DNA from: Bacteroidota bacterium
GTDB lineage: Bacteria; Bacteroidota; Bacteroidia; Palsa-965
Assembly (NCBI GenBank): GCA_020402865.1
Contig: JADBYT010000024.1
Span: 71,949-135,948 of the forward strand
DNA: 64,000 nt
Direction: 5' to 3'
The translations under genes were made by a program, and so were the position numbers. Below are positions 49,414 to 58,514 of this stretch, piece after piece (the first letter of the stretch is position 1; each line of letters opens with the position of its first letter). The notes under the pieces were generated by a model that saw only the letters and a program-made list of their open reading frames with translations, searched no databases and had not been told where the DNA came from.

Positions 49414-50040
49414 ATGCACCCAACACAAAAAGCGCATCCCTGGCATGGCATATCGCCCGGAGCAGATGCACCCGATACAGTTACTGCATTTATTGAAATC
49501 GTTCCTGCGGATACCATCAAGTATGAAATTGATAAGGAAAGCGGTTATCTGAAAATAGATCGTCCGCAACTTTTTTCGAATGTGGTGCCGGCATTATACG
49601 GATTTGTGCCGCAAACCTATTGTGGTGATGAAATAGCGGCATACTGCGCAGCGCGAAGCGGAAGGCCTGTAACCAGTGGCGATGGTGATCCGCTGGATAT
49701 TTGCGTGCTCAGCGAAAGACCTGTTACACACGGGGATATTCTGGTTACTGCAATACCAATTGGCGGTTTCAGGCTAATCGACAAGAATGAAGCCGACGAT
49801 AAAATTATAGCAGTACTCAAATCAGATGCTGTTTACGGCGGTTTGAAGGATATTACGGAATGCCCGGTGGAACTCATTAACCGGCTCAGGCATTATTTTC
49901 TTACTTATAAAGTGATACCCGGCGAAGCACGTGTACCTGTTGAACTGGCTGCCATTTATGGTAAAGAGGAAGCCCGGCAGGTGATCAGGCACAGCATGAA
50001 CGACTATAATCACCGTTTTGGCACCGGGGCAAGGCAGTAA
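49414..50040 (+). CDS. ppa: Inorganic pyrophosphatase (family I, soluble)
   Basis: 'AFIEIVPADTIKYEIDKESGYLKIDRP', 'DGDPLDICVL' (Asp cluster of family I PPase). Confidence 0.85.
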   Translation: MHPTQKAHPWHGISPGADAPDTVTAFIEIVPADTIKYEIDKESGYLKIDRPQLFSNVVPALYGFVPQTYCGDEIAAYCAARSGRPVTSGDGDPLDICVLSERPVTHGDILVTAIPIGGFRLIDKNEADDKIIAVLKSDAVYGGLKDITECPVELINRLRHYFLTYKVIPGEARVPVELAAIYGKEEARQVIRHSMNDYNHRFGTGARQ

Positions 50041-50087
50041 ACGGGAATTATTTATGTATTGTCGCTTTATTTAATGGCTTCATCGAA

Positions 50088-50121
50088 AATGAATGCGGAT
50101 TATTGCGCATTCATTACCTTT
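50088..50121 (+). terminator. Possible terminator hairpin after ppa (weak U-tract)
   Basis: 'AAUGAAUGCG-gauuauug-CGCAUUCAUU' 10-bp stem followed by 'ACCUUUAAUU'. Confidence 0.3.
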
Positions 50122-50132
50122 AATTCAGGAAC

Positions 50133-53100
50133 ATGCCTTTCTCCTTAGTAACATATCCGGCCGGCGCTTTGCGTCATTATGTGCTGTGCATACTTTTTTG
50201 TGTGCTTGGGTTGGTACTTCACGGGCAGCAATATAATTTTCAGCAATACTCCGTAAACAACGGATTGCCGCACACACAAATCAACTGCGTTTTTCAGGAC
50301 AGCTCGGGTTATGTGTGGGTGGGTTCGGAAGGCGGGCTGAGCCGTTTCGACGGAAAAATATTTGAGACTTTCAGTTTTGGAGAGCAGTTGCCGGGGAATA
50401 ATATCACTGCTATCTCACAAACGGCAGAAGGAGTAATCGTTGCAACCAATAAAGCACTTTGCTGGTATCGCTCCGGGAAATTCAGCGCTCATCCTTTTCC
50501 GGTTAATTCCGGGTTAACACAAGTGAATCAATTTTTGCGCGGCGAGGGTGGTGAACTTTTGCTGTGTACAAACAGAGGTTTGTGGAAATACGAAAAACAT
50601 AAGTATTCGTTTATTGTTACGTCCACCCCGCTTGATCATCTATCCTTAAAATCGGCCACATTCGATTCACACAATAAACTCTGGGTGGGAAGCTCCAGCA
50701 ATGGGTTGTTTTGCCTTGTGAAAAATAATCAGGGCTATGCCAATGAGCCTTTTTCTGATCAGGATAAGCTGGTCACAAACCGGATCAGAGGAATTGTGGA
50801 AGTGGATAACCGCACACTCTGGATTGCTACTTCTGACAATGGGCTTTTCAGTTACGACGGACAAACGATGAACCGGGTAATATTGCCCGAGGGGATGAGT
50901 ACAACCTCTCTTACCTGCATGCAGCGCGATGCGGCAGGTGATATTTGGCTGGGCACATGGGGTAGCGGATTGCTGTATTATCACAACGGAATATTCCGCA
51001 ACCTTACACAGAAGAACGGACTTAACGACGATATTATTCTTTCCATACTTTGCGATAATCAGGGTAATATCTGGCTTGGTACATATCAGCAGGGGCTTAT
51101 TTTTTATTATGGGGAGATGTTTGTTACTTACACAGTCAAAGACGGACTGCCCAGTAACAATGTGCGTGCTGTACGTACAGACGGACAGGGGAATGTGTGG
51201 ATGGCTACATTGGTCGGGGTGTCAATGTTTGACGGAACGGAGTTTGTGAACTGGACAGCACAAAACGGATTAAGTAATAACCGGGTTGGGGCGCTGTCAA
51301 TTGATAAGAAGGGAAATGTGTATGCGGGTACATTTAGCGGAGAGATTAACATTATAAGACCGGGTAATCGCACTCCGGAAGTTATTTTCCCCGACAAGAA
51401 TAATAACCCGGGCGAAATATTGTCGTTATGCATTACCCGCGATGGAATGCTTTGGATCGGAACCGCCTCGCATGGATTATTTACATACAGCAACCGTAAA
51501 ATAGAAAGTTACAATACCGGCAATGAACTGCTTGGGGCTGTTATCTGGTCGATATATGAAGACTTTCAGGGCATTATCTGGCTGGGTACTTCTAAAGGAT
51601 TGTATATGCTTGATCATGGCAAGGTGGTTAGGCCATTGGAAAATAAACCCACACCTGCTGAAGAACTCGAACAGACGGTTTTCGATATTACGGGCGACGA
51701 AACCTATATTTATTTCGCTACCCAGCGAAGCGGTATCTGGCGATACAACCGTAAAATGAATAAGTATCAGATACTCAATCAACGTGAGGGAATTGGTTCT
51801 GATTTTACACGGGGGCTATTTTATCAGCCTGAAGCGAATGTGATGTTTGTAACTACTATTTTGGGTTGCGACAGAATAATTTTTCGTGAGAAGGATCAGT
51901 TAATCCAGCATTTCTGGCACAGAGACGGCATCGGAACTACAAATTTTACTCCGGCTACCATTACTACCGACAATAACGGACGTATCTGGTTTGGATCTGT
52001 GGATGGTGCGGTGGTGTATTCTCCTGCCTTGTCGCGTAAACGAAATCAGGTGCCCAAAGTTGAGTTTAAAGCGCTTCAGTTATTTAACCAGCCTGTTACC
52101 GACTGGAGTAACTATGCTGATTCGGTGATGCGTGATGGTTTGCCGTTTGATCCGGTATTTCCGTATAACAAGAATACGCTCACGTTTGTGTTTACCGGGA
52201 TTCAGTTTGGCACCGGATTAAACTTGAGTTTTGAATATAAGCTGATCGGGCGTGATACAGGTTGGGTAAAACTGAACAGTGGTAACTCCGTAAGTTTTAA
52301 CGATCTTGCTCAGGGCGAATATACATTTCTTTTAAAAGCACGTAATGATGATGATTATGTGAGTGAACCACGGTCGTATTCGTTTACCATTTCACCTCCG
52401 TTCTGGAAGTCCTCCTGGTTTTTCCTTGTCTCCACCGTTTGCCTGCTGATCATCATTTTTGCACTCATTTTTGTCTATCGCAATTTTCGCGAAGACTTTA
52501 TACGCGATCAGCGTTCACTGTATAATCATAATCTTACCGTTGGCCGGTTTGTATTATTCACTGCTGCATTTCTTTACCCGGTATCCGGCAGCCTTATCCG
52601 CATGTTTTCGGAGAGTACCAATTTGAACCTGCCGGTTATGTTTGCCATTGGTGTGCTGATGATGCTCACCGGTTTACTAAGCTATTCAGTACGTCTGATA
52701 AAAGAGCATACACACTTACTCGCTCGTTTTGAATATGGTCTTCTGATTTTTCATATGTATTATTTATGTTACTACAATAAACTTGCACCTGTACCGGTAA
52801 TTATGCTCATTTTGGTATTGTCGGCCATAGGTTTACTTGTTGATCGTTTAAGACAGCTGATTGCATTTGCATCCCTGTCCTTATTCTTATCAATATCCCT
52901 TGTTATTGTTATTCCTTCTACCCCTTACGGATACAACGGCTGGTTGTTTCTGCTTGCCATTCTGGTAGGATTAATTATAGCATTTATCAGTGTGATTACA
53001 CGTCTGAATTTGTTTAACCGCCTGATCTTTGCGGATACAATCATAAATAATTCCAGCAGTATTGTGCTGGCTGTGGATCAGGGCGGTTCTGTAGTTTTTG

Positions 53101-55397
53101 CCAGTAAAAGTGTCACCACCATTCTGGGGTATGAACAACATGAGGTGCTGGGCGACGGCTGGTGGAAAGTACGGTCTGATGATTATGTCGATAACCTCAA
53201 TCGTAAGCAGCAGGTGATAAATATGCGCGAAGCCCGCGAAACCTATATATCGCCTATAAAAACCAAAAACGGCCGTATTCGCTGGATTCAGTGGCAGGAT
53301 ACTATTCTTGAAGGTAATCTGAAGGTAGGTGTGGGGCTCGATGTGACCGACAGGCAAGAAATGGAAGAACGCTACCGGCATATTGTGGAAACTGCGAATG
53401 ATATTATTTATACTGCCGATTTTAAAGGTTGCTTTACATATACCAACGAGGTTGCGGTAAAAATTCTTGGGTATGAATTGTCTGAGCTCATCGGGCGGCA
53501 TTTCTCGGAGTTTGTGCATCCCGACTGGGTGCAGGAAGTCACTACATTTTACGCCAAACAGTTTCAGCGCCGTTTGCTTTCTACTACGCTTGAGTTTCCC
53601 GTAATCAGTGGCGATGGCGGTATTGTATGGTTAGGCCAAACCGTGCGCATTATTATTGATGACGAACATCCTGAACGTATAAAGGGGTTTCAGGCAATTG
53701 CACGGGATATTACAGAGAAAAAGCAATATGAGGAGGAGCTCGAAAAGCTGTCACTTGTGGCGAGCGAAACCATTAACGGCGTACTTATCTGCGACCCGGA
53801 AAGTAATATAGAATGGGTAAATGAAGGGTTTACACGGATTACAGGTTACTCACTTGCCGAGGTAAGAAACCGGCGTGCGGGCGATGTGCTTAAAGGCGAA
53901 AAAACCAATATGGCCACCATTTACAATGCCCGCGAACGTGTGCGCACAGGGCAGGGCTTTGAGGTAGAGCTGCTGGTATATAACCGTGATGGAAATGAAA
54001 TCTGGATTTCGGTTTCAAACACACCTATTGTGGATGAAAATGGCAGATTACTGAAACAGATTGAAATTTTTACCGACATCTCCGAAAAGAAACGTTACGA
54101 ATTACAGCTCAGCCGCTATTCTAAGAATCTTGAGCTTTTAAATAATACCCGGCAACGCCTGCTCGATGCAAACACCGTAGAATCGCTTGCGGCAAGTGTG
54201 CTTCCGGTGTATTTCGATCATATTCATTACACCAGCCGTGTAATTCTTGCGCTTATTGATGAACGGCAGGATCTTATCGAGGTGTATGAAGTAACTAAAG
54301 AAAATGTCGGCGACAAACCACAGTATATATTATTGTCTCAGGCCGATTTTCTTCAGCTCGACCATATCCGGTTGTCGCGCTACAGGCTTATTACCGAGCT
54401 GAATGAGCAGAATGCAATTTCTATTTTCGACCAACGGCTTTTGGCATCCGGTGTGCGTTCCTATCTGGCAACCACACTGCAAATTGAAGGAAAGGTAAAT
54501 GGTTTTCTTTCTCTTTGCTCGGACTACGAGGATGCGGTTGACGACAGCGATATTGACCTTATGGATGAAGTGGCAGATGTTATGGCTTCTACCATTCAGC
54601 AGATCCGCTACCGCGAAATTATCCAGCAAAAAAACAACGACATTTCCTCAAGCATCAATTATGCCCGCCGCATTCAGAATGCGATTCTTCCGCCCGAAGA
54701 AGTGCTGCGCAAGGAACTTGGTGATATGTTTGTCCTCTTCAGGCCCAAAGACATTCTTTGCGGCGATTATTACTGGGCCGAAACACGTGGCAACTACATT
54801 TTTGTGGCAGTGGCCGACAGTACGGGGCACGGTGTGCCGGGTGCGCTGCTCAGTCTGATGGGACACAACCTGCTCAATCAGGCCATCCGCGAACGGCATC
54901 TTACACGCCCTGCAGCTATTCTCGATTTCTTAAACCTCAGCATTCAGCAAACGCTGAACCAGTATAAACAGGCCGGCGAATTGCATGATGGTATGGACAT
55001 AGCCCTCTGTGTGTTTGAACGCAAGAGCCGCACCATGATGTTTGCAGGGGCTATTAACCCGCTTTACATTGTGCGCGGGCAGGAACTCATACAGGTGAAA
55101 GGAAACCGCTTTTCAATTGGCAGTTATTTCGACTTTAAGTCGCGGCCTTTTGATCATCAGGAAGTGGAAATTAAGTCGGGCGATATGCTTTATATGTTCA
55201 CCGATGGTTATCCCGATCAGTTTGGCGGCGATCACGACCGTAAACTTTCTTATCGCCGGTTCCGCGAATTACTTATTCAGGTGGCTTCATTGCCAGCCAT
55301 TGAACAGCGCGAAATACTTACGGCCCGCTTCAGCGAATGGATGGGCAAAGGTAATCAGACCGACGATGTGTGTGTGCTGGGTATTCGTGTAGATTAA
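50133..55397 (+). CDS. Giant multidomain sensor: periplasmic two-component-regulator propeller (Reg_prop repeats) + Y_Y_Y domain, one TM helix, polytopic membrane module, three PAS domains, GAF-like domain, C-terminal PP2C/SpoIIE serine phosphatase. No histidine kinase or receiver domain.
   Basis: N-terminal TM/signal. About 14 Reg_prop repeats (e.g. 'GLPHTQINCVFQDSSGYVWVGSEGGLSRFDG'). Y_Y_Y 'FEYKLIGRDTGWVKLNSGNSVSFNDLAQGEYTFLLKARN'. TM 'WFFLVSTVCLLIIIFALIFVY' plus about 6 further helices. PAS cores 'IVETANDIIYTADFKGCFTYTNEVAVKILGYELSELIG' and 'INGVLICDPESNIEWVNEGFTRITGYSLAEV'. SpoIIE/PP2C 'FVAVADSTGHGVPGALLSLMG', 'DGMDIALCVFE', 'MFTDGYPDQFGG'. No H-box or HATPase_c motifs seen. Confidence 0.8.
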   Translation: MPFSLVTYPAGALRHYVLCILFCVLGLVLHGQQYNFQQYSVNNGLPHTQINCVFQDSSGYVWVGSEGGLSRFDGKIFETFSFGEQLPGNNITAISQTAEGVIVATNKALCWYRSGKFSAHPFPVNSGLTQVNQFLRGEGGELLLCTNRGLWKYEKHKYSFIVTSTPLDHLSLKSATFDSHNKLWVGSSSNGLFCLVKNNQGYANEPFSDQDKLVTNRIRGIVEVDNRTLWIATSDNGLFSYDGQTMNRVILPEGMSTTSLTCMQRDAAGDIWLGTWGSGLLYYHNGIFRNLTQKNGLNDDIILSILCDNQGNIWLGTYQQGLIFYYGEMFVTYTVKDGLPSNNVRAVRTDGQGNVWMATLVGVSMFDGTEFVNWTAQNGLSNNRVGALSIDKKGNVYAGTFSGEINIIRPGNRTPEVIFPDKNNNPGEILSLCITRDGMLWIGTASHGLFTYSNRKIESYNTGNELLGAVIWSIYEDFQGIIWLGTSKGLYMLDHGKVVRPLENKPTPAEELEQTVFDITGDETYIYFATQRSGIWRYNRKMNKYQILNQREGIGSDFTRGLFYQPEANVMFVTTILGCDRIIFREKDQLIQHFWHRDGIGTTNFTPATITTDNNGRIWFGSVDGAVVYSPALSRKRNQVPKVEFKALQLFNQPVTDWSNYADSVMRDGLPFDPVFPYNKNTLTFVFTGIQFGTGLNLSFEYKLIGRDTGWVKLNSGNSVSFNDLAQGEYTFLLKARNDDDYVSEPRSYSFTISPPFWKSSWFFLVSTVCLLIIIFALIFVYRNFREDFIRDQRSLYNHNLTVGRFVLFTAAFLYPVSGSLIRMFSESTNLNLPVMFAIGVLMMLTGLLSYSVRLIKEHTHLLARFEYGLLIFHMYYLCYYNKLAPVPVIMLILVLSAIGLLVDRLRQLIAFASLSLFLSISLVIVIPSTPYGYNGWLFLLAILVGLIIAFISVITRLNLFNRLIFADTIINNSSSIVLAVDQGGSVVFASKSVTTILGYEQHEVLGDGWWKVRSDDYVDNLNRKQQVINMREARETYISPIKTKNGRIRWIQWQDTILEGNLKVGVGLDVTDRQEMEERYRHIVETANDIIYTADFKGCFTYTNEVAVKILGYELSELIGRHFSEFVHPDWVQEVTTFYAKQFQRRLLSTTLEFPVISGDGGIVWLGQTVRIIIDDEHPERIKGFQAIARDITEKKQYEEELEKLSLVASETINGVLICDPESNIEWVNEGFTRITGYSLAEVRNRRAGDVLKGEKTNMATIYNARERVRTGQGFEVELLVYNRDGNEIWISVSNTPIVDENGRLLKQIEIFTDISEKKRYELQLSRYSKNLELLNNTRQRLLDANTVESLAASVLPVYFDHIHYTSRVILALIDERQDLIEVYEVTKENVGDKPQYILLSQADFLQLDHIRLSRYRLITELNEQNAISIFDQRLLASGVRSYLATTLQIEGKVNGFLSLCSDYEDAVDDSDIDLMDEVADVMASTIQQIRYREIIQQKNNDISSSINYARRIQNAILPPEEVLRKELGDMFVLFRPKDILCGDYYWAETRGNYIFVAVADSTGHGVPGALLSLMGHNLLNQAIRERHLTRPAAILDFLNLSIQQTLNQYKQAGELHDGMDIALCVFERKSRTMMFAGAINPLYIVRGQELIQVKGNRFSIGSYFDFKSRPFDHQEVEIKSGDMLYMFTDGYPDQFGGDHDRKLSYRRFRELLIQVASLPAIEQREILTARFSEWMGKGNQTDDVCVLGIRVD

Positions 55398-55442
55398 GGA
55401 TCCTGGTTTCGTTTGCAAAGCGGCTTTGCGTATTTTTACAGT

Positions 55443-56129
55443 ATGAAAGCAATCCGATTTGTTCTGCTCCTGTCTGTTGTATTACTGCTCACCTCGTTTC
55501 GTCCGGCCGATACGTGGAGTTGTAAACTGGGCTTGCTTAAATACAATGGTGGAGGCGACTGGTATGCCAATTTAGAGACGTCGCTGCCGAATCTGGCTCG
55601 TTTTTGCAATGAACAGACAGGCACCCGCATCAATCCTGAACAGGGCATTGTGGAAGCGGGGAGTTCCGAAATATTCAACTATCCTTTTGTACACATGACG
55701 GGTCATGGCAACGTGATCTTTTCGGCTCAGGAGGCCAACAACCTGCGTAATTACATGATGGGCGGCGGCTTTCTGCATATTTCCGATAATTACGGCATGG
55801 ATAAGTTCATGCGGCCGCAAATGAAAAAGGTATTCCCCGAACTCGACTTTGTAGAAATTCCGTTTTCACATCCGGTCTATCATCAGAAGTTTGATTTTCC
55901 CAACGGCCTGCCCAAAATCCACGAGCACGAAGGCAAATCGCCCAAAGGTTTCGGACTCATCTGGCAAGGTCGTCTGGTGTGCTTTTACGATTATGAATGT
56001 GATCTTGGCGATGGCTGGGAAAGCCCCGAAATACATAAAGACAGCCCCGAAGCACGCCTCAAAGCCCTGCGTATGGGGGCCAATCTGGTGCAGTTTGCCT
56101 TAATGGGCGGTGAGCAGCAGAAGAAGTAA
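55443..56129 (+). CDS. Hypothetical secreted protein, DUF4159-like (tentative family assignment)
   Basis: Signal peptide 'MKAIRFVLLLSVVLLLTSF' (ATG 55443). 'YPFVHMTGHGNVIFSAQEANNLRNYMMGGGFLHISDNYG' resembles a DUF4159 / ThuA-like fold. Confidence 0.45.
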   Translation: MKAIRFVLLLSVVLLLTSFRPADTWSCKLGLLKYNGGGDWYANLETSLPNLARFCNEQTGTRINPEQGIVEAGSSEIFNYPFVHMTGHGNVIFSAQEANNLRNYMMGGGFLHISDNYGMDKFMRPQMKKVFPELDFVEIPFSHPVYHQKFDFPNGLPKIHEHEGKSPKGFGLIWQGRLVCFYDYECDLGDGWESPEIHKDSPEARLKALRMGANLVQFALMGGEQQKK

Positions 56130-56142
56130 GCCACAAACGTTT

Positions 56143-56189
56143 CAACACCACACAGGGCGGAATCATTGATTCCGCCCTGTGTGGTGTTG
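56143..56189. terminator. 47-bp perfect palindrome (23-bp arms) between convergent genes; likely a bidirectional terminator hairpin or protein-binding palindrome
   Basis: 'CAACACCACACAGGGCGGAAUCA-u-UGAUUCCGCCCUGUGUGGUGUUG'. No U-tract. Confidence 0.4.
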
Positions 56190-56244
56190 GCCAATAGTGT
56201 ATAAAGTCTGTAGTAATTTTGTTGCTTACCTCACTCAGATGAGC

Positions 56245-56559
56245 CTAGCAGGCACATACATACACATAATCGTGTTCGGGATCGAAGCCGGGTTCTTTTT
56301 CGAGCAGGGCCTCCATGAGTTGGAGCAGGGCATAGTTGCGAACCGGGCGGCCTTCGTTTAAATCTTCAAGGCGCGAAATGTAGCGGTGAGGAATACCTGT
56401 CCAAACCTGAGCAAGCGGTTCGGATATTTCGGTAAACTTAAACTGAGCCCACAACTCCAGCTCGGCATCGTTGTGCCCGTGTGTGCCGTTGAGCATGCGC
56501 TCTGCATTTACCGGAATGATCCGGACGCCGGTAGAGGTTTCAAGAGCGGAAATGTACAT
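56245..56559 (-). CDS. Hypothetical protein (104 aa)
   Basis: Clean ATG ORF with a 320-bp upstream intergenic region. No recognised motif. Confidence 0.4.
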   Translation of the reverse strand: MYISALETSTGVRIIPVNAERMLNGTHGHNDAELELWAQFKFTEISEPLAQVWTGIPHRYISRLEDLNEGRPVRNYALLQLMEALLEKEPGFDPEHDYVYVCAC

Positions 56560-56828
56560 AGGCTTGCTGTTAGCGGCTTACTTATGCTGCCAAAAGTAGA
56601 AGCCTGCACTTTACACACTCGTAAATGCAATGCGAAGTTTTCTACATTGATATGTTTATTGCAATTAATAGCTTCCCCGGCTGGTGTTGATAAGCTATAC
56701 TTTGCAATAGTGCATAATGTGTTGTAAGGCTTGTGCAGCCTGCTTTTGAGTGATAACCGGGGTTAGTGTGAGGTGTTGTTAATATCCTTCGGTTCTGCAT
56801 GGTTCAGGAAGTTATTAACAACAAAAAA

Positions 56829-56854
56829 CGAGGCAACTGTTTTCAGTTGCCTCG
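56829..56854 (-). terminator. Rho-independent terminator (minus strand) after the 156-aa gene
   Basis: On the minus strand: 'CGAGGCAACUG-aaaa-CAGUUGCCUCG' then 'UUUUUUGUUGUU'. Confidence 0.75.
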
Positions 56855-56880
56855 CCGATGTGCGAAATTATGGCTTGTGC

Positions 56881-57351
56881 TTAGCGGTAGCCCAGCATGA
56901 AAATGAGGCATTCCGGTGTATTCACAGAGTCTTTGGTGGCCGGAATTTCATAATCTACATAAAATTTGAACTTGGCCTGCTCGGGTTCATACACGTGTAT
57001 TTTTTTACCAGGTTGTGCATTTTTGGTAGTAAACAACACTTTACGGTTCTTGGTTTCCTTGTCTTTATTGTACACCGAGATCACCACACTTTTAGAAAGT
57101 GCTTCGGTATTGAACACCATGCGGTATTTCTCGCCAATAAACACAGGTACTTCAATTTCCTTAACCTGAGTTTTGGGCTTGTAAAGTACACGGGTTACCT
57201 TACCTGAGTCGTACTTAAACGGATTCAGTGCTTCTTTGGCTTTTTGTTTCAATACGGCACTGTTGCAGGTTTCTGCAGTCTGAAATGCGGCTCCGGCAAA
57301 GGCAATCACCAGCAGGAGTAGAATCAGGCCACTATGTTTCAATGCTTTCAT
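56881..57351 (-). CDS. Hypothetical secreted protein (156 aa)
   Basis: Signal peptide 'MKALKHSGLILLLLVIAFAGAAF'. Lys-rich. Two Cys. Confidence 0.5.
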   Translation of the reverse strand: MKALKHSGLILLLLVIAFAGAAFQTAETCNSAVLKQKAKEALNPFKYDSGKVTRVLYKPKTQVKEIEVPVFIGEKYRMVFNTEALSKSVVISVYNKDKETKNRKVLFTTKNAQPGKKIHVYEPEQAKFKFYVDYEIPATKDSVNTPECLIFMLGYR

Positions 57352-57373
57352 AGTATATGAGGTTTGGGGTGAA

Positions 57374-58255
57374 TCAGGCTTTGGTTACGGTTTTGGCGTG
57401 TATTTCTTCCACTTTGCGGATGAGTACCATCAGCTCTTCTTTCGTTGGTTTCACGTCAGAGAAACCGAGGTCAGGGTTCTCATTCATTTTCTTCACCGAA
57501 GCCAGTCCGTTAAATGCATCCTGAAGCGAATTAAGATCGGTAATAAGCTGAACAATTGCGGGATCTTTGTCTTTGTTGCGTTCAAGTTCTTTTACAATGC
57601 TTTCCAGAATAACCATCTGCTCAAACAGTTTAAGCAGCACCATGTCGTTGGGTTCCTGCTCATACACTTTACCGGCAATATGCAGCGATTCGATCCAGGC
57701 ACCGGCAAAAATTACTCCATAAAGGTGGTTCTGGTCGTTGCTGAGCAGCTGGGCATCAGTTTCTTCTTTTATGCCGGCCAGAATGCTTTGCAGCGAGTCT
57801 TCGTTACCCAGATTGTTGTTGAAACGATCGAAAAGACTGGTTTGCGCGAAGATTTTGCCCAGATTAATCTGTTCGGCCTGGGTACGTACCACTTTTAAAT
57901 ACGACTGTGCCTGCTGGGTTTGCTTGTTAAGCACGCAGTAAGCCATGTCGGCGCTGTACACCCCCATGCTCCAGGCGCGGGTGTAGGTGGTGCTGTAGGA
58001 AGCCGCTTTTTCGGCCGAACTGGTCACTCCGGGAAGGAATTTAAGTCCGGAAGATTTAAAAATGGCCGCCACCTGAAGCGGAGAGGGCAGCATGCCTCCT
58101 TCGTCTTCGGTTTCATCGGCCATTATGAGGGTGTCCTGAGTAACGGTATCGGTTGCGGTTGTTTCAGTGTCGCCGCTACAGGAAGTTTGGGAAACAATTG
58201 TTCCGGCTACCACTGCAGGAAGCAGGAGTTTCAGCAAATCCGGGCTAAATTTCAT
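57374..58255 (-). CDS. Hypothetical lipoprotein (293 aa)
   Basis: Lipobox 'VSQTSCSGD' after the signal peptide. Helical. No recognised motif. Confidence 0.5.
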   Translation of the reverse strand: MKFSPDLLKLLLPAVVAGTIVSQTSCSGDTETTATDTVTQDTLIMADETEDEGGMLPSPLQVAAIFKSSGLKFLPGVTSSAEKAASYSTTYTRAWSMGVYSADMAYCVLNKQTQQAQSYLKVVRTQAEQINLGKIFAQTSLFDRFNNNLGNEDSLQSILAGIKEETDAQLLSNDQNHLYGVIFAGAWIESLHIAGKVYEQEPNDMVLLKLFEQMVILESIVKELERNKDKDPAIVQLITDLNSLQDAFNGLASVKKMNENPDLGFSDVKPTKEELMVLIRKVEEIHAKTVTKA

Positions 58256-58514
58256 GGGTGAGGTCGGTTGGTTAAGGTATTAAAGCGCTCTTTATACGGT
58301 AAGGATCTTTTTTTGTTTCGTTTTCACCGGGAAATGTGATCTTCTGATTTTCAGGCATTTGGGTGTTTATTTTGCGGGTAACCCGGCCCAGATCAGGTTA
58401 CACAAGGCGCCGGATTCACCGAACTTCAACAAAATTCGGCGTTGTGGCCTTTGGGCGGGGGAATTGGTTATTTTTGCTGCTTATAAAATCTTTATACTTC
58501 GATAGTAAACCCGT

